Assembly: GCA_030390025.1 (NCBI GenBank)
Contig: CM059428.1
Location: forward strand, 92,690,001-92,754,000
Source: Squalus acanthias
Lineage: Eukaryota
Length of the DNA stretch: 64,000 bases
Reading direction: 5' to 3'
Numbering within the stretch: position 1 is the first letter of the stretch; each line of letters begins with the position of its first letter. Made by a program: the position numbers and the translations under genes. Shown here piece by piece: positions 1-12,318 of this stretch. The notes under the pieces are model-generated. The model saw nothing but the letters and a program-made list of their open reading frames with translations, had not been told where the DNA came from and did no database searches.

Positions 1-611
1 TCCTCACGTTGCGGTCAGTCATTCACTGCTCCGACACTGGCTGCGCTGTGCCCCGCCCCCCATAGCTGGCAATCAGTGACATCAGTGAAACTGATGCAAA
101 CTTGGGCTTTTCCACAGTAATATCTCTGTTAAATACCCCATTAAATAGGCCTTGTTGGATTAGGTGTAACTGGGGTTTTAACAGCTTATTGACTGCTAAA
201 CAAACATTATGGCCCTGAAAAAATAATTTTAATTTTGTGGAGTGTCAAATTTCTCCATTGTGATAAAAATTACAATTTTTAAGAAACTCTAAAAAAAAAG
301 TTCTTTTTTTTTTAAGATTGTTCATGATGTTTCACCTTATCCCCATGTGAGAGCCCCAATCTTTGTTTTGCTCTCTGTGACATTTTTAAAACGTCTGGAT
401 AAAAGCAGCTTCTCATTTCTTGGTTCCCTGTATGTGAGAATTCTGCAATGTGATTGGCTGCTTAGACAGCTTGTTGATGTCACAACAGACTGCACTAGGG
501 AATTCCCACTGCACTGCACTGAAAGCACTTATGCATCGAAAAAGGCAAACTTCTCGCCACAGAGATCACGAGATCTCTGCGGGCAGCTTTTTTTGAGGCA
601 AATTCCGGGCC
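1..611. mobile_element. Right portion of a non-autonomous Harbinger-like DNA element (truncated by window start)
   Basis: Ends in GCAAATTCCGGGCC (598-611), resembling the ..AAATTCCGGCC / ..GAATTTTGGGCCC termini of Harbinger-type elements at 32983 and 6005; left end not visible. Confidence 0.45.
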
Positions 612-1495
612 ATAGTTTCTCACTCCCCATTACTGAGGATATTATGAGGCTGTGAGGTCCATCATTAAGTGCTGTTGTGCAGAGTTCCAAACTGACGTTT
701 GCAATTTCAGCACCCATTTCTGGTGTTGAGTTTTAAGCAGTGTATTTCCCCTCCTCTTAATGAGAGATCCTACTTGGAGCTAGTTTTCAGCACTGTGAAG
801 ACAGTTTATTACATAACAAGGGGTATGTAATAGCTTTGATTATGGTAATGCTCTGAAAGTATATCAAGTAAAGTGACAGTAGGGGGTAAATGGTGCACGA
901 ACACCTATGTGTAGGGCACAAATATGGTATGCCTTGTGTATATTAGAGATATAAAACTCCTATGTGTGATTTATAAAATATAATAAATTACCCTTAGCTA
1001 TATACTTGGTTATGTGCACACTATAGATGAACTCCATGGTCCCCTACTGAACCTGCTAACTGTAGAGTTTTCTAGTGCTGTGGGATCTTCTTCCAAAATC
1101 ACTTTTGGCCTATTTTGGTGATCTTGACTTTGCAGCTCTAATTTCAGGAGAGCAGGGCTATACCGGCCTCCTCACACTGCTGTCCCTTCTTTATGCCCCC
1201 ACCTGGCCCAGTTCTTCATGAGACACTGAACAGTAGAGCTGGCAAATCTGGTGGCAGCTTATAAAACCCATAAAACCAAGCAGGAGCTCGCCACTGTCAC
1301 TGGAGCAAGGTCAGTTGATGCTATTAGATTTCTTGGTACAGCTGATAGCAGAAGAATGGTGTCTGTGCTAACAGCTGTAGTTTTGTAACCAAAAAATAGC
1401 TTAACACTGAATGCTCTGGATTGATTGTTGGCCAACTCCTTTTGATCAGTGCTTACTCAAAGCATTTCTTCCTAAGGAATAGTTGCATGAAGTAA

Positions 1496-1615
<120 letters not shown>

Positions 1616-1765
1616 TGAATAGATATCTAGAAAAAGTGGTTCGAGATTAACTGTCTCTAAACCTTTCCTATTGCCATAGATAGTTAGGTACTTGGTAGAA
1701 ATTATTTAGTGTATAATACCTATTGTATTAAAAATGTTTAACAGGACCTTTTAATTCAGAATCTA

Positions 1766-2462
1766 GGGGGGGAAAATTGGGTGGTGCCCTTTTGGGGCAC
1801 TAACGTCGCCGGGGCGCTAAAGTTAGCGCCCCTCCGCTGTAAATTCAGTAGTAGCGCCCCAAGCAGGAGGTGGGTCGCTACTGGACCGTGCTCCACCTCC
1901 TGCTTGGGGCGCTACTACTGAATTTTGCGTCACTACATGCAGCCACGTCATTTCAGGCCTCCCTCCCCTGATTAAAGGGGAGGGGCCTAGCGCTGCACGC
2001 ACCGCGGCCCTGCCAGACCATCGGGGAGCGGGGTGCCGTGAACACAGCCCGGCACACAAGAGGAGTGCCGTGCTGAGCGATCGCAGCCAGCACCCCGCAT
2101 ACAAAAAAGTGAAAGGGGACAGGTGCTGGCAGTCGGCCAAAATAAAAATGGCCGCCTGACACCTGCCCCAGTAACTTGCGCCACTGCCGCTGCAAAAACG
2201 CCCCCTGATCCTGTCGGACATATCGTCCGTCGATAGGTCAGGGGGCGCAAGGGATGTTTGCGGCCGGGGCGCTACACACGGCGATGACGACATCACCAGC
2301 GGCACAGTGCCGCAGGGCGCTACTGGCTACCGCCGCTGCTAACCACCCGCTAAATTTTGTGGGAGGCGTTAGTGGCACCGCGCCCAGGCGATAGGGGATT
2401 TGCGCCCCATTAGCGCCCCCTGGGTGTGCTAACAAGAGGTGCAAACCAACCAATTTTCCCCC
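1766..2462. mobile_element. Harbinger-family MITE (~700 bp)
   Basis: TIRs GGGGGAAAATTGG / CCAATTTTCCCCC; GC/CpG-rich with many GGCGCTA/TAGCGCC motifs; right end similar to the element at 42291-46057; sibling at 49665-50160. Confidence 0.85.
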
Positions 2463-2904
2463 TGAGGAGTCCAACTTCTATGAGCCAGCTTCTGGTGATG
2501 ATACTGTCAACTCCATTTTTCATAGCCAGGTGGCAGACTCTTGCTCCCAGGTAAATAAATTGGATCTACCATCTGTTACTGGTTTAGGGAGAGTGAATAT
2601 AACAATGTAAATGCTGAGAGTGGGCTTCCAGAATACGAATGAAAGGAAAACCAATATAAATGAAGCTAATACTCTTTAGTGCAATTTTGAGATTTTCCTG
2701 ATGTTAATGTTATTGATTTCAAAATATGATAATTCATGTGATAAAATCATGAAGAGGCTATGCGGATCAGTCTCAGGAACGAAATTGGATATGGTTAATT
2801 TTTCATTCTACATTCTTAGTAGGTAGCACTGTGTCAAATATATCCAAATATTTGTTGGAAAACTTACTTCAAAAGAAATTACATTAAATTTATTGTATCT
2901 GTTG

Positions 2905-3135
2905 CTCTATTGGAACTAAACTATACAAGCAAGAAAGGTCCTTGGTTTATCCCTGGTCAGTGCAAAGTTGGCTAATCTCAGCTAAAAAAGTGTTAGGTCT
3001 TAGTGTCCCTGAGCTAAGCACGAGTAAAATAAACCAAGGTTCAAACTTTCTCACTACTATCCATTGATCCCTGCTGGAAAGTGCATGTTTGCATAGGCTG
3101 AATAATGCTCCACTGTGATGCCCCAAGGATTGAAT
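2905..3135 (+). mobile_element. Old SINE fragment
   Basis: Shares blocks (..CCCTGCTGGAAAGTGCATGT.., ..TGTGATGCCCC) with the tRNA-headed SINE at 46553-46815. Confidence 0.5.
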
Positions 3136-3439
3136 TAGGCACAGTTGTGGCGCCCTTCACATAGTCACACATGAAGACTGAGCACTTGGGCAGGGTATGA
3201 AATGAAGCTCACACCAATGGAATCGTATCGCAGCATGAGTCAGTACCTTGAGAAAAGGAGTGAAAGTTGTGGCAAGGGATTGAACATATGCAAAAAAAAT
3301 TAAATAAATAAGATGGAGCCCAACATTCCCCATTTTTTTGGTGTAAAAGGGGCAATGTTCTGGCATATCAAACCAGAATTTGTTTACAGCAGATATGCCA
3401 AGTAACAATGTTTTCAAATGTGCACTAATTTCTGGTAGA

Positions 3440-3640
3440 ATTGGTTACTGGTGGAAGGTGTGCCAGTCAACCAAAGTGGTGCCTATGTGCACATGACAGG
3501 ATAACGTGATTGACTCTTCACTGCCCTCTGAAGTGGCCTAGCAAGCCATTCAGTTGTATCAAACTTTTTCAGGGAAACTAGGGATGGACAATAAATGTCA
3601 CCCTTGTCAGCAATGCCCACATCCCAAGAATGAATAACAA
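3440..3640 (+). mobile_element. SINE 3' portion with LINE-derived tail
   Basis: ..CCCTCTGAAGTGGCCTAGCAAGCCATTCAGTTG.. body and GGGATGGACAATAAATG..GCCCACATCCC..GAATAA tail, reverse-complement similar to 54720-54880. Confidence 0.65.
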
Positions 3641-3914
3641 AAAACCATGAAGGTAAAAGCTGTTGTCCCAGAAATACCACCATTTACACTAGAATTGCAC
3701 TTAACTTAAGTTAAGCCTGTGGAAAAGAGGGCTACTTTACCTCCATGACTTGTCAAACCAAGAAATGATTGAGTTCACCGGTCTTAAATGTCCACAAACT
3801 TTGTCGGCAATTTGAAAAGTATTTTTTTTAAGCTGTGCGACTAAGACAGGATTCTGCAAGCTGCCTTTCAGCAGTTTGAGGCAGGGAAATGTACTGCTTC
3901 CCACGCTTCTGTCA

Positions 3915-4483
3915 TGAAGCCTTTCCACCACCTACACGGCACAAGTCAGGAGTGTGATGGAATACTCTCCACTTGCCTGGATGAGTGCAGCTCCAACAAC
4001 ACTAAAGAAGCTCGACACCATCCAGGACAAAGCAGCCCGCTTGATTGGCACCCCATCCACCACCTCAAACATTCACTCCCTCCACCACCAGCGCACCGTG
4101 CCTGCAGTGTGTACCATCTACAAGATGCACTGCAGCAACTCACCAAGGCTTCTTCGGCGGCACCTCCCAAACCCGCGACCTCTTCTACCTAGAAGGACAA
4201 GGGCAGCAGGCGCATGGGAACACCACCACCTCCAAGTTCCCCTCCAAGTTCCCCTCCAAGTCACACACCATCCTGACTTGGAAATATATCGCCGTTCCTT
4301 CATCGTCGCTGAGTCAAAATCCTGGAACTCCCTCCCTAACAGCACTGTGGGAGTACCTTCACCACACGGACTACAGCGGTTCAAGAAGACAGCTCACCAC
4401 CACCTTCTCAAGGGTAATTAGGGATGGGCAATAAATGCTGGCCTTGCCAGCGATGCCCACATCGAAGGAACGAATAAAAAAAT
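3915..4483 (+). mobile_element. 5'-truncated LINE (Jockey/CR1-group), ORF2 C-terminus and 3' tail
   Basis: MEYSPLAWMSAAPTTLKKLDTIQDKAARLI; near-identical to copies at 9063-10632, 25945-28783 and 50298-50862; A-rich tail. Confidence 0.9.
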
Positions 4484-4489
4484 AAGTCC

Positions 4490-6005
4490 TGACCATGAAG
4501 TTTACTATGGGCATTCCCATAATTGTCCTTATAATGGAGCAGAACAAGAGCAGGAGGAAGATGAAATGAGAGAGGCATGCAGGATAAGAATAGATCAAAG
4601 AAAAAGACAACTAGGAGGTACCTTTCCTCCAGAGTCTACAGATCATGTTGCTCCCTCAATGATGTCTCAGAAGAGGTCTACTTAAGAAGGCAACACTTCA
4701 GTAAGGAGTCATGGAAAGAGCTGGCTCCTGTTTCAAACTGACCACCAAACCCTGCCAAACACAAATAACAAAGCGCAATCTAACTTCAGAATCATGGACT
4801 TCATAACAGAAAGTGGTTTCACTGTGCATGTATATATTTATAGCAAGTGCTTATTATTAACACCATGTCTACCGTTAGTTCCTTTCTGTACCGGTCTTAA
4901 ACCTATCCTGGTGCTGTGCTGAGGTAATACTTCAAAGCCAGGGACACCAGTGATGCTTTGGTGTGCTGTAATATTATGAGCCTCTTGGGACAGAGTTGAC
5001 CATATCTCATGGCCTCTGAGTCTTGGGAGGACTCTTTAGAAGGCTGTGTTGCCATTGCCGGTGATTGGGCAGCCTGGTCTTCTATCCTGACACCAACATT
5101 AGCAGGCAACTGAGGGGGCTGGTTAGAATGATCGCATGAGCAGTCACCAGGAAAAAGGATTCCATCATAAAGACATACTTTAGCTATGCCACATGTGCTG
5201 AGCCCTGGATCTGAATGTCCACTGATTAGCAGACAGGTATACCTAATGGTATCAGTTAGATTCTGCAGATCCTGAGAGTTAATGCCCTGAAGCTCTCAGA
5301 AGCCATTTTCCATCGTAAATGGCCTGAAGGCCAGTGGTTAAGGTCCCTGGTCTGGAGGCCTCACTGTCAAGTGGGGGGTGGAGGGGGGGTGGGGCGGTGG
5401 TCAGATACAGATGATGCCACCACCTGCTCCAGGTAGCACTTCATTGTGTTGAATTCTTCTTGTATATTGATATTGAAGATAGCATTGAACTTTGCCATGA
5501 CCCCTGCCATTTCTTAAGTCCTCAGAGACGGTGTTCAGTGCCTCCATGTGAGTATAATGACCGTCTGGACCCCATCCGTGGAGCCTATGTTCTCCACTGT
5601 CAGATCCCAGTTTCACCTCTGACTTCTCTAGCACTGTGTGCCAAATGGATGAAGGAATGCCACACATATGAAGTGACTGCAAGGAAAGGTCAGAGGAAGG
5701 TCACTTACCTTGGCTGCTCTGATGAGGCCATTAAACTTCTTCTTGCACTGCAAAGGAGTCGGGGGCTTTATGTGCTGCAGCTGCACCAGGTCTCTGCCTC
5801 TTCTTCAGGTATTTCCTGGCCTCCACTCAGCCACTTCTCCTCCCCAACCCTTCCGTACCTACAGCTTTCCTCTCTACTTCTGTTCTGGAGGCGTTGTGGG
5901 CTTTATTTAAACTGCTTGCACCCGTTCTGAGTATTTAAATTAGCTGACTTTGCAATTTATGGCAGGGTCGGTGCCATGACCTGGAAGTGGGTGGAATTTT
6001 GGGCC
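4490..6005. mobile_element. Highly decayed Harbinger element (transposase N-terminal remnant on +, Myb/SANT remnant on -)
   Basis: 4612-4705 resembles the RRPYPPRV..EEQCLRRLRF transposase block; minus strand ~5709-5760 reads QCKKKFNGLIRAAK followed by a GTAAGT donor; terminus GGAATTTTGGGCCC at 6005; left end uncertain. Confidence 0.6.
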
Positions 6006-6099
6006 CATTTTATCCAATTTACAGGTGACATTTTACAGGCCTTTTTTTTTAAAAAGAAAAATCAAATCCAAATGTTTCCACAGGCCTACACGAGACACT

Positions 6100-6346
6100 G
6101 GGGCAGATTTTAATCTTTTTGTGCTGAGACATAAGTAATTGCCTCGGCAGAGTACATAGAGAAAATCAGTCAAGAAGGATCACATACCCATAACAGAGGC
6201 TGCCTGATTTTCTTTCAATTAATTTAAATAGACCAAAAGTTGGACAGGCTCCATTATGGGAGGAGATCCTCCTGGCCTGATTTTTGTCTACGCTCTCCGT
6301 CCAGCTGATTATTTACATCCAAGTGCAAAAGAAGAACATCTGCCCC
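6100..6346. repeat. Palindromic mini-element (MITE-like)
   Basis: GGGGCAGAT..ATCTGCCCC ends; arms imperfectly complementary around an AT-rich centre. Confidence 0.65.
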
Positions 6347-7869
6347 TCCATCTTCCTGAAAGTGTTTTGCAAGCATTTTTCTTTTAATTTGTTTACCCGT
6401 ATATATTTTTCTGAATTTTTTTTTGAATGCTGAGAAAACCTCAAAAGGATTAACCCAGTTATTTTTCAGGTGTCATCAGAAACAGCTGAGCTCAACGCTT
6501 TAAATAGATTTCAAATAAGATTTACGAAACCACACAACAAATGAAACCATTTCAACATTTATTATCACTTCAGAGTGGCAGAAGTAGCAAAGCAATGGGG
6601 ACAACTATTACTATAGCCAAGTGTTATTTCTTATCAGTAGAGGGGGGGCGGGGGAGGGGGGGGAAATGCCTGCAGCAACCAACAACAAATTGTCATCAAG
6701 AAATTCTAAAGACGGGGTTGAAGGAAAATCTAGGGAAGGTAAAGCAGGCTTTGACAGATGTGAATTTCTATATTTCCAATATGCTCTTAATAAATGTTAT
6801 AAAAATATTACTGCTTTTTTAGCTTTAACAATGTAGTAATGCATTTTAGCTTTTTTTTAATCCAATAAGTAGACTGTGGGAAGCCAAGGCTTAGTCAAAT
6901 AATTACAGCAGAAAATTACCTGCTGAGTTCAATATTGGGTGTTAATGGAAGCCCTACCCAGCGACTTTTATCTCACACTACTCTTTTTTTCTTATTTAAG
7001 TCATCTCAGTTAGTTTAGGAGACCCCAGACCCTTTTAAATTAACCACAGGGGGCATTAGATTGCATATTTATCAAACCTTGCATGAGACGTACTTAAATA
7101 TGTATAAAGATGTGACTGACATGAATTAGTTAGAATTCAAATGCTGTGCACCATATTTTGCAGTGGACCCCCAACTGTTTGGCATTTCTTCCCTGTCAAA
7201 GATCAAATTATTTTAATTTAGCCTGTAAATTATATGATGTTACGGCTGCTTTCTGGGAATTCCCCATGGTCAATTGACTTTTGTTGTTCCTGTTACATGT
7301 CAATGTAAAAGATATAATATGTATGCAAATAAGGTTAAAAATATCTGCGTTTCCAATTATCCAGTCTTTTCTTGCCCAAATCCGCCACGCTAGGACAGTG
7401 GGAGTCCTGACATTTCATTTGCTAAGGCCACTGTGTATTTAACTAAGTGTAGTTTTGATGGGCCAAATGGCCTCCTTCTGTGCTGTAAGATTCTATGATA
7501 ATGAAATTAATGCCAGTCTTAGGCCACATTGTTGGCAACTGTGCACAATGATCATTGAACTATACACAAGCAACTGAATGAAGCTACTTTATAAAACTAC
7601 ACATCATAAAGTTTTCAAACTGTGATAATATTCATCTTTGTGCTTTAGATAGAAACACATTTTCCTTTCAATTCTGAGTAAGAAGATAAGCAGACTATGT
7701 TATTAACATGTAAATAATGTACACGGAGTTACAAATATCATTACAACTGCATTTATGCAATAAAAAATTATTTTCAAAACTGTAAATGTAGCCACAATTT
7801 TAATTTAAAAAAAATTGATATCAAAGTGCTACTAAAAATCAGAACCATTCTCACTCTGCTAATGTACAC

Positions 7870-8167
7870 GTGTCAGCTTAGCCCGGTCAGTAGCATTCTT
7901 GCCTCAGGGTCAGAATGTTATGGGTTCAATCCACAAAAAACCTTTCAGTGCAATACCAAGGGAGTACTGCATTGTAGAATGTGCTATGTTTTGGATGAGT
8001 TGTTAAATTGAGAACTTAAAAGAGTCTATGGCATTATTTAATGATGAGAAGGGAGGTCTCCCATGATCTAGCCAACTGACCTCCCTCAACGAGCACACCA
8101 AAAACAGGTTAAGTGGTCATTTGTCTCATTTGCTGCTTGGGGACCTTATTGTGCACAAATTGGCTGT
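7870..8167 (+). mobile_element. tRNA-derived Deu-domain SINE (SacSINE1/AmnSINE-like), 5' part
   Basis: tRNA-like head with GGGTTCAATCC B box; CAGTGCAATACCAAGGGAGTACTGCA..TTTTGGATGAG..GCACAAATTGGCTG core resembles the DeuSINE consensus as recalled; 3' part at 12218-12318. Confidence 0.75.
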
Positions 8168-8705
8168 TATAGAATCATAGAATTATACAGCATAGAAGGA
8201 GACCATTCGGCCCATCATGCCTGTGCCGGCTTTTTGAAAGAGCTGTCCAAATACTCCCACTCCCCTGCTCTTTCCCCATAGCCCAGCAAAATTCTCCTTT
8301 TCAGGTATATATCCAATTCCCTTTTGAAAGTTACTACTGAAACTGCATCCACCTCACTTTCAGATAGTCATTCCAGATCAAAGCAACTCGCTGTTATCTT
8401 CCCCCTGATCTTCTCCCTGGCTTTTTAGCCAATTATCTTAAATCTGTGTCCTTTGGTTATCGCCCGTCCTGCTTGTGAAAATAGTTTCTCCCTATCTACT
8501 CTATCAAAACTCTTCATAATATTGAACACCTCTATTAAATCTCCCCAATACCATCTCTGCTTTAAGGAAAACGACCCCAGCTACTCTAGTCTTTCCACAT
8601 AAGTGAACTTCATCATCCCTGGTACCATTTTAGTAAATCTCCTGTGCACCTTCTCCAAGACCTTGACATCCTTCCTAAAGTGTGGTGCCCAGAATTGGAC
8701 ACAAT
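8168..8705 (-). mobile_element. CR1 LINE 3' end (continues at 12000-12070)
   Basis: Minus-strand peptide CVQFWAPHFRKDVKVLEKVHRRFTKMVPGM; CR1-type 3'UTR with TTCTATGATTCTAT tail. Confidence 0.9.
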
Positions 8706-9062
8706 GGGCTGAATTTTGCCGGCACTCAGAGTGCGGGTTTGGAGGCGGATCAACTGTCAAAACCACAAAGATTGACAGCGGGTCGGTATCCCACTGTAAA
8801 CCCACTTCCTTGTCAGTTTCCCAAGTGTCGGGTCTGTCATCCCTGAACAGACCCGACACCAAGCAGTGGGTCAGCCAATTTAGATAGTTAAAAGCTTCAT
8901 AAAAGGTAGCTAAGAACCATTTTCCCCTGTACTTACCATTTTACCAGGTTTTCAACAAGGTTCCCGGAGAGCGGCTATTACGTCAGGTAAGTATGTCAGG
9001 TCCTCAATGACTCTGGATTGCTGTGAATAGGTGAAAGCTGCAAAAGTGGTATAAAACCTACC

Positions 9063-10632
9063 ATTTTTTTGTGGGCGTCATTGTCAAGGCCAGCATTTAT
9101 TGCCCATCCCTAATTGCCCTTGAGAAGGTGGTGGTGAGCCGTCTTCTGGAACCGCTGCAGTCCGTGTGGTGAAGATACTCTCACAGTACTGTCGGGAGGG
9201 AGTTCCAGGATTTTGACCCAGCGACGATGAAGGAACAGGCGATATATTTCCAAGTCAGGATGGTGTGTGACTTGGAGGGGAACTTGGAGGTGGTGGTGTT
9301 CCCATGCGCCTGCTGCCTTTGTCCTTCTAGGTGGTAGAGGTCGCGGGTTTGGGAGGTGCTGCCGAAGAAGCCTTGGCGAGTTGTTGCAGTGCATCTTGTA
9401 GATGGTACACACTGCAGCCACGGTACGCCAGTGGTGGAGGGAGTGAATGTTTAAGGTGGTGGATGGGGTGCCAGTCAAGTGGGCTGCTTTGTCTGGATGG
9501 TGTCGAGCTGCTTTAGTGTTGTTGGAGCTGCACTCATCCAGGCAAGTGGAGAATATTCCATCACACTCCTTACTTGTGCCTTGTAGATGGTGGAAAGGCT
9601 TTGGAGAATCAGGAGGTGAGACACTCACTGCAGAATACCTAGCCTCTGACCTGCTCTTGTTGCCACAGTATTTATGTGGCTGGTCCAGTTAAGTTTCTGG
9701 TCAATGGTGACCCCCAAGATGTTGATGGTGGGGGATTCGGCTATGGTAATGCTGTTGAATGTCAAGGGGCGGTGGTTAGACTCTTGCTTGATGGAGATAG
9801 TCATTTCCTGGCACTTGTGTGGCGCAAATGTTACCTGCCACTTATCAGCCCAAGCCTGAATGTCGTCCAGGTCTTGTGGCATGCGGGCATGGACTGCTTC
9901 ATTTTCTGAGGAGTTGTGAATGGCACTGAACACTGTGCGATCATCAGCGAACATCCCCATTTCTGACCTTATGTTGGAGGGAAGGTCATTGATGAAGCAG
10001 CTGAAGATGCTTGGCCTAGGACCGTGCCCTGAGGAACTTCTGCAGCGTTATCCTGGGGTTGTGATGATTGACCTCCAACCATCACAACCATCTTCCTTTG
10101 TGCTGAGTATGATTTCAGCCAGTGGAGTGTTTTCCCCCGATTCCTTTTGACTTCAGTTTTACTAGGGCTCCTTGATGCCACACTCGGTCAAATGCTGCCT
10201 TGATGTCAAGGGCAGTCACTCTCACCTCACCTCTGGAATTCAGTTCCTTTGTCCATGTTTGGACCAAGGCTGTAATGAGGTCTGAAGCCGAGTGGTCCTG
10301 GCGGAGCCCAAACTTGGCATCAGTGAGCTGGTTATTTGTGAGTCAGTGCCGCTTGATAGCACTGCCGATGACACCTTCCATCACTTTGCTGATGATTGCG
10401 AGTAGACTGATGGGGCGGTAATTGGCCGGATTGGAATTGTCCTGCTTTTTGTGGACAGGACATACCTGGGCAGTTTTCCAGATTGTCAGATAGATGCCAG
10501 TGTTGTAGCTGTACTGGAACAGCTTGGCTAGAGGCGCGGCTAGTTCTGGAGCACAAGTCTTCAGCACGACAGCTGGGATGTTGTCGGGGCCCATAGCCTT
10601 TGCTGTATCCAGTCTGCTCAGCTGTTTCTTCA
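9063..10632 (-). mobile_element. 5'-truncated LINE (RT domain and 3' end) nested in the Harbinger element
   Basis: KAMGPDNIP..NYRPISLLAIISKVME..MFADD RT motifs across frameshifted ORFs. Confidence 0.92.
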
Positions 10633-11499
10633 AGTTATTTCACAGCTGTTCACTTCTCAATCTTAGAAACTGGAGCATTAATGATTTGGAACCCACTTTT
10701 GAGCTTTATGCACTTTTGAAGTGTTTGCAGTAATCTCTCTATCCACTGTCACCTCCTTGGAACAACATGTCTCAACATTGACAGATTACTTCTGTCATCT
10801 CAAACTCACCTGCCATCTATTCCATCAGCATCGGAGCCCTTGAAATAATCTCACCTTGGTCCTCAGAATCCCAACACCAGCATCACCGGGCAAACCAGCA
10901 GCACCAACATCCACACCAAATCTCCGCAATCAACTGATGCTGCACTGGACACAGGGCATCATCAACCATGCACATTGCTGCCCGGGATGCCAGTGATGGC
11001 CTCACTATGTCCAAATTAGCTGTACACCCTGGTTGCCACATGATGCACCAGGTTGGCACCACCATAAAGCACCATAAAGCATGCCTACAGTGTCCAAGCC
11101 ATTCCTTTCACACTCAGCACCATTGGGGAGGGGGGAAGTTATGTCTCACCATTCACTGGAACTCACTAAGACACTTGCAAAGGCACACACAAATCTGTCC
11201 AAGAAGGCGAGGTGTTGAAAATAAAGATTTCAATGCTTGACACCACATTAACAGACACTTTACACAAACATTGGCTAAAGCACACAAGTGCCTACCCTTG
11301 TGTGTTGTTAGTTTGAATGATTGGACAAGGGTGAGGGTGAGTGTGAGTGGTGGCTAGTGAGATGGGGAAGTGATAATGTAGATAGAGTAGAGGTGTAAGG
11401 CAAGTTGGTGGGAGTACGGATGTGCAGGAGCAGGGTAGGGAAGGCAGAGTGATGTGGATGTGATGAGTGGCACAGCAGGATGAGGTTGAGTGTGGCTTT

Positions 11500-11818
11500 G
11501 CAGTAACATTTTGTGATCTACTGTGATCATTGAAAGGTTTGCACCACTGCAGCCAGGTCCTCCTGACGACATCCCTGCTGGTGCCCTCCTGTGTAATGTG
11601 CAACCAGGCTGTGTTGGTCTCCTGGGGAGGTGTCTTTTGCCCATTGGAAGGGAAGAGAACCTCTCTGCGTGCTGTGACTCCCTCCATAAGCAGATGGAGG
11701 GAGCAATGGGAGAGCCTGGGTGCAGCCGTGCACCTTTGTGCAGTGCTTGTCAGTGTTTGCAGCACCTCAATGCTGCAGAACACTGACAGCACAACTGTCA
11801 AAAATGATTGTGGACATG
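11500..11818 (-). pseudogene. Harbinger Myb/SANT-like DNA-binding protein, exon 1 remnant
   Basis: AAPRLS..LHLLMEGVTARREVLF..AWLHI..VVRRTWLQWCKPFND has the trihelix Myb/SANT pattern of Harbinger ORF2 proteins. Confidence 0.75.
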
Positions 11819-12217
11819 GTCCCTTTAAGGAAACCGGCTGATGACGCGTCATCAAATGACGTCATCAGACCCGCTTCCTATTAATTGGCCCCATCAACAG
11901 AATATCTTATTGGAGGCCGGGATCGACACAGATGCCTGGTCCCCACACGCCACGGACATCGCCCGCCCCGGACCCGCCGAGGTTGGAAAAATCCAGCCCA
12001 GTACTCCAGCTGAGGCCTAACCAGTGATTTATAAATGTTTAGCATAACTAACTTGCTTTTGTACTTTATGTCCCCGATATTTACAGGGAGGGTGCAGGGC
12101 GGCCGTTTTGCAGTCGGGAAACCCAGAAGAACGGGTTTCCCTCAGGACCTGCCGAATTTAACAGCAGGTCCTGATTACCATTTTTGAAATCCATTTCCCA
12201 GCTGCAGCCAGCCAGTT

Positions 12218-12318
12218 TACATAATAGTGACTATCCTTCAAAAGTAATTCATTGCCTTTTGAAGTGTTTCAAATATCTGAGGACATGAAACGTGCTATAA
12301 AATGCAAGTTCTTTCTTA
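12218..12318 (+). mobile_element. Deu-domain SINE 3' tail (continuation of 7870-8167)
   Basis: AGTGACTATCCTTCAAAAGTAATTCATTG..GCTATAAAATGCAAGTTCTTTCTT, an L2-like tail. Confidence 0.7.

Larger units (their letters stand above)
8706..11999. mobile_element. PIF/Harbinger element, internally deleted, interrupted by a LINE
   Basis: TIRs GGGCTGAATTTTGCC / GGAAAAATCCAGCCC; flanks AAT / AGT (3-bp TSD with one mismatch); splits a CR1 sequence; carries a Myb/SANT exon; interior homologous to 30130-32983. Confidence 0.85.

Noticed and set aside
4231-4260. 12-bp tandem duplication TCCAAGTTCCCC in a LINE copy
   Set aside because: Local slippage private to one dead copy; no functional implication.
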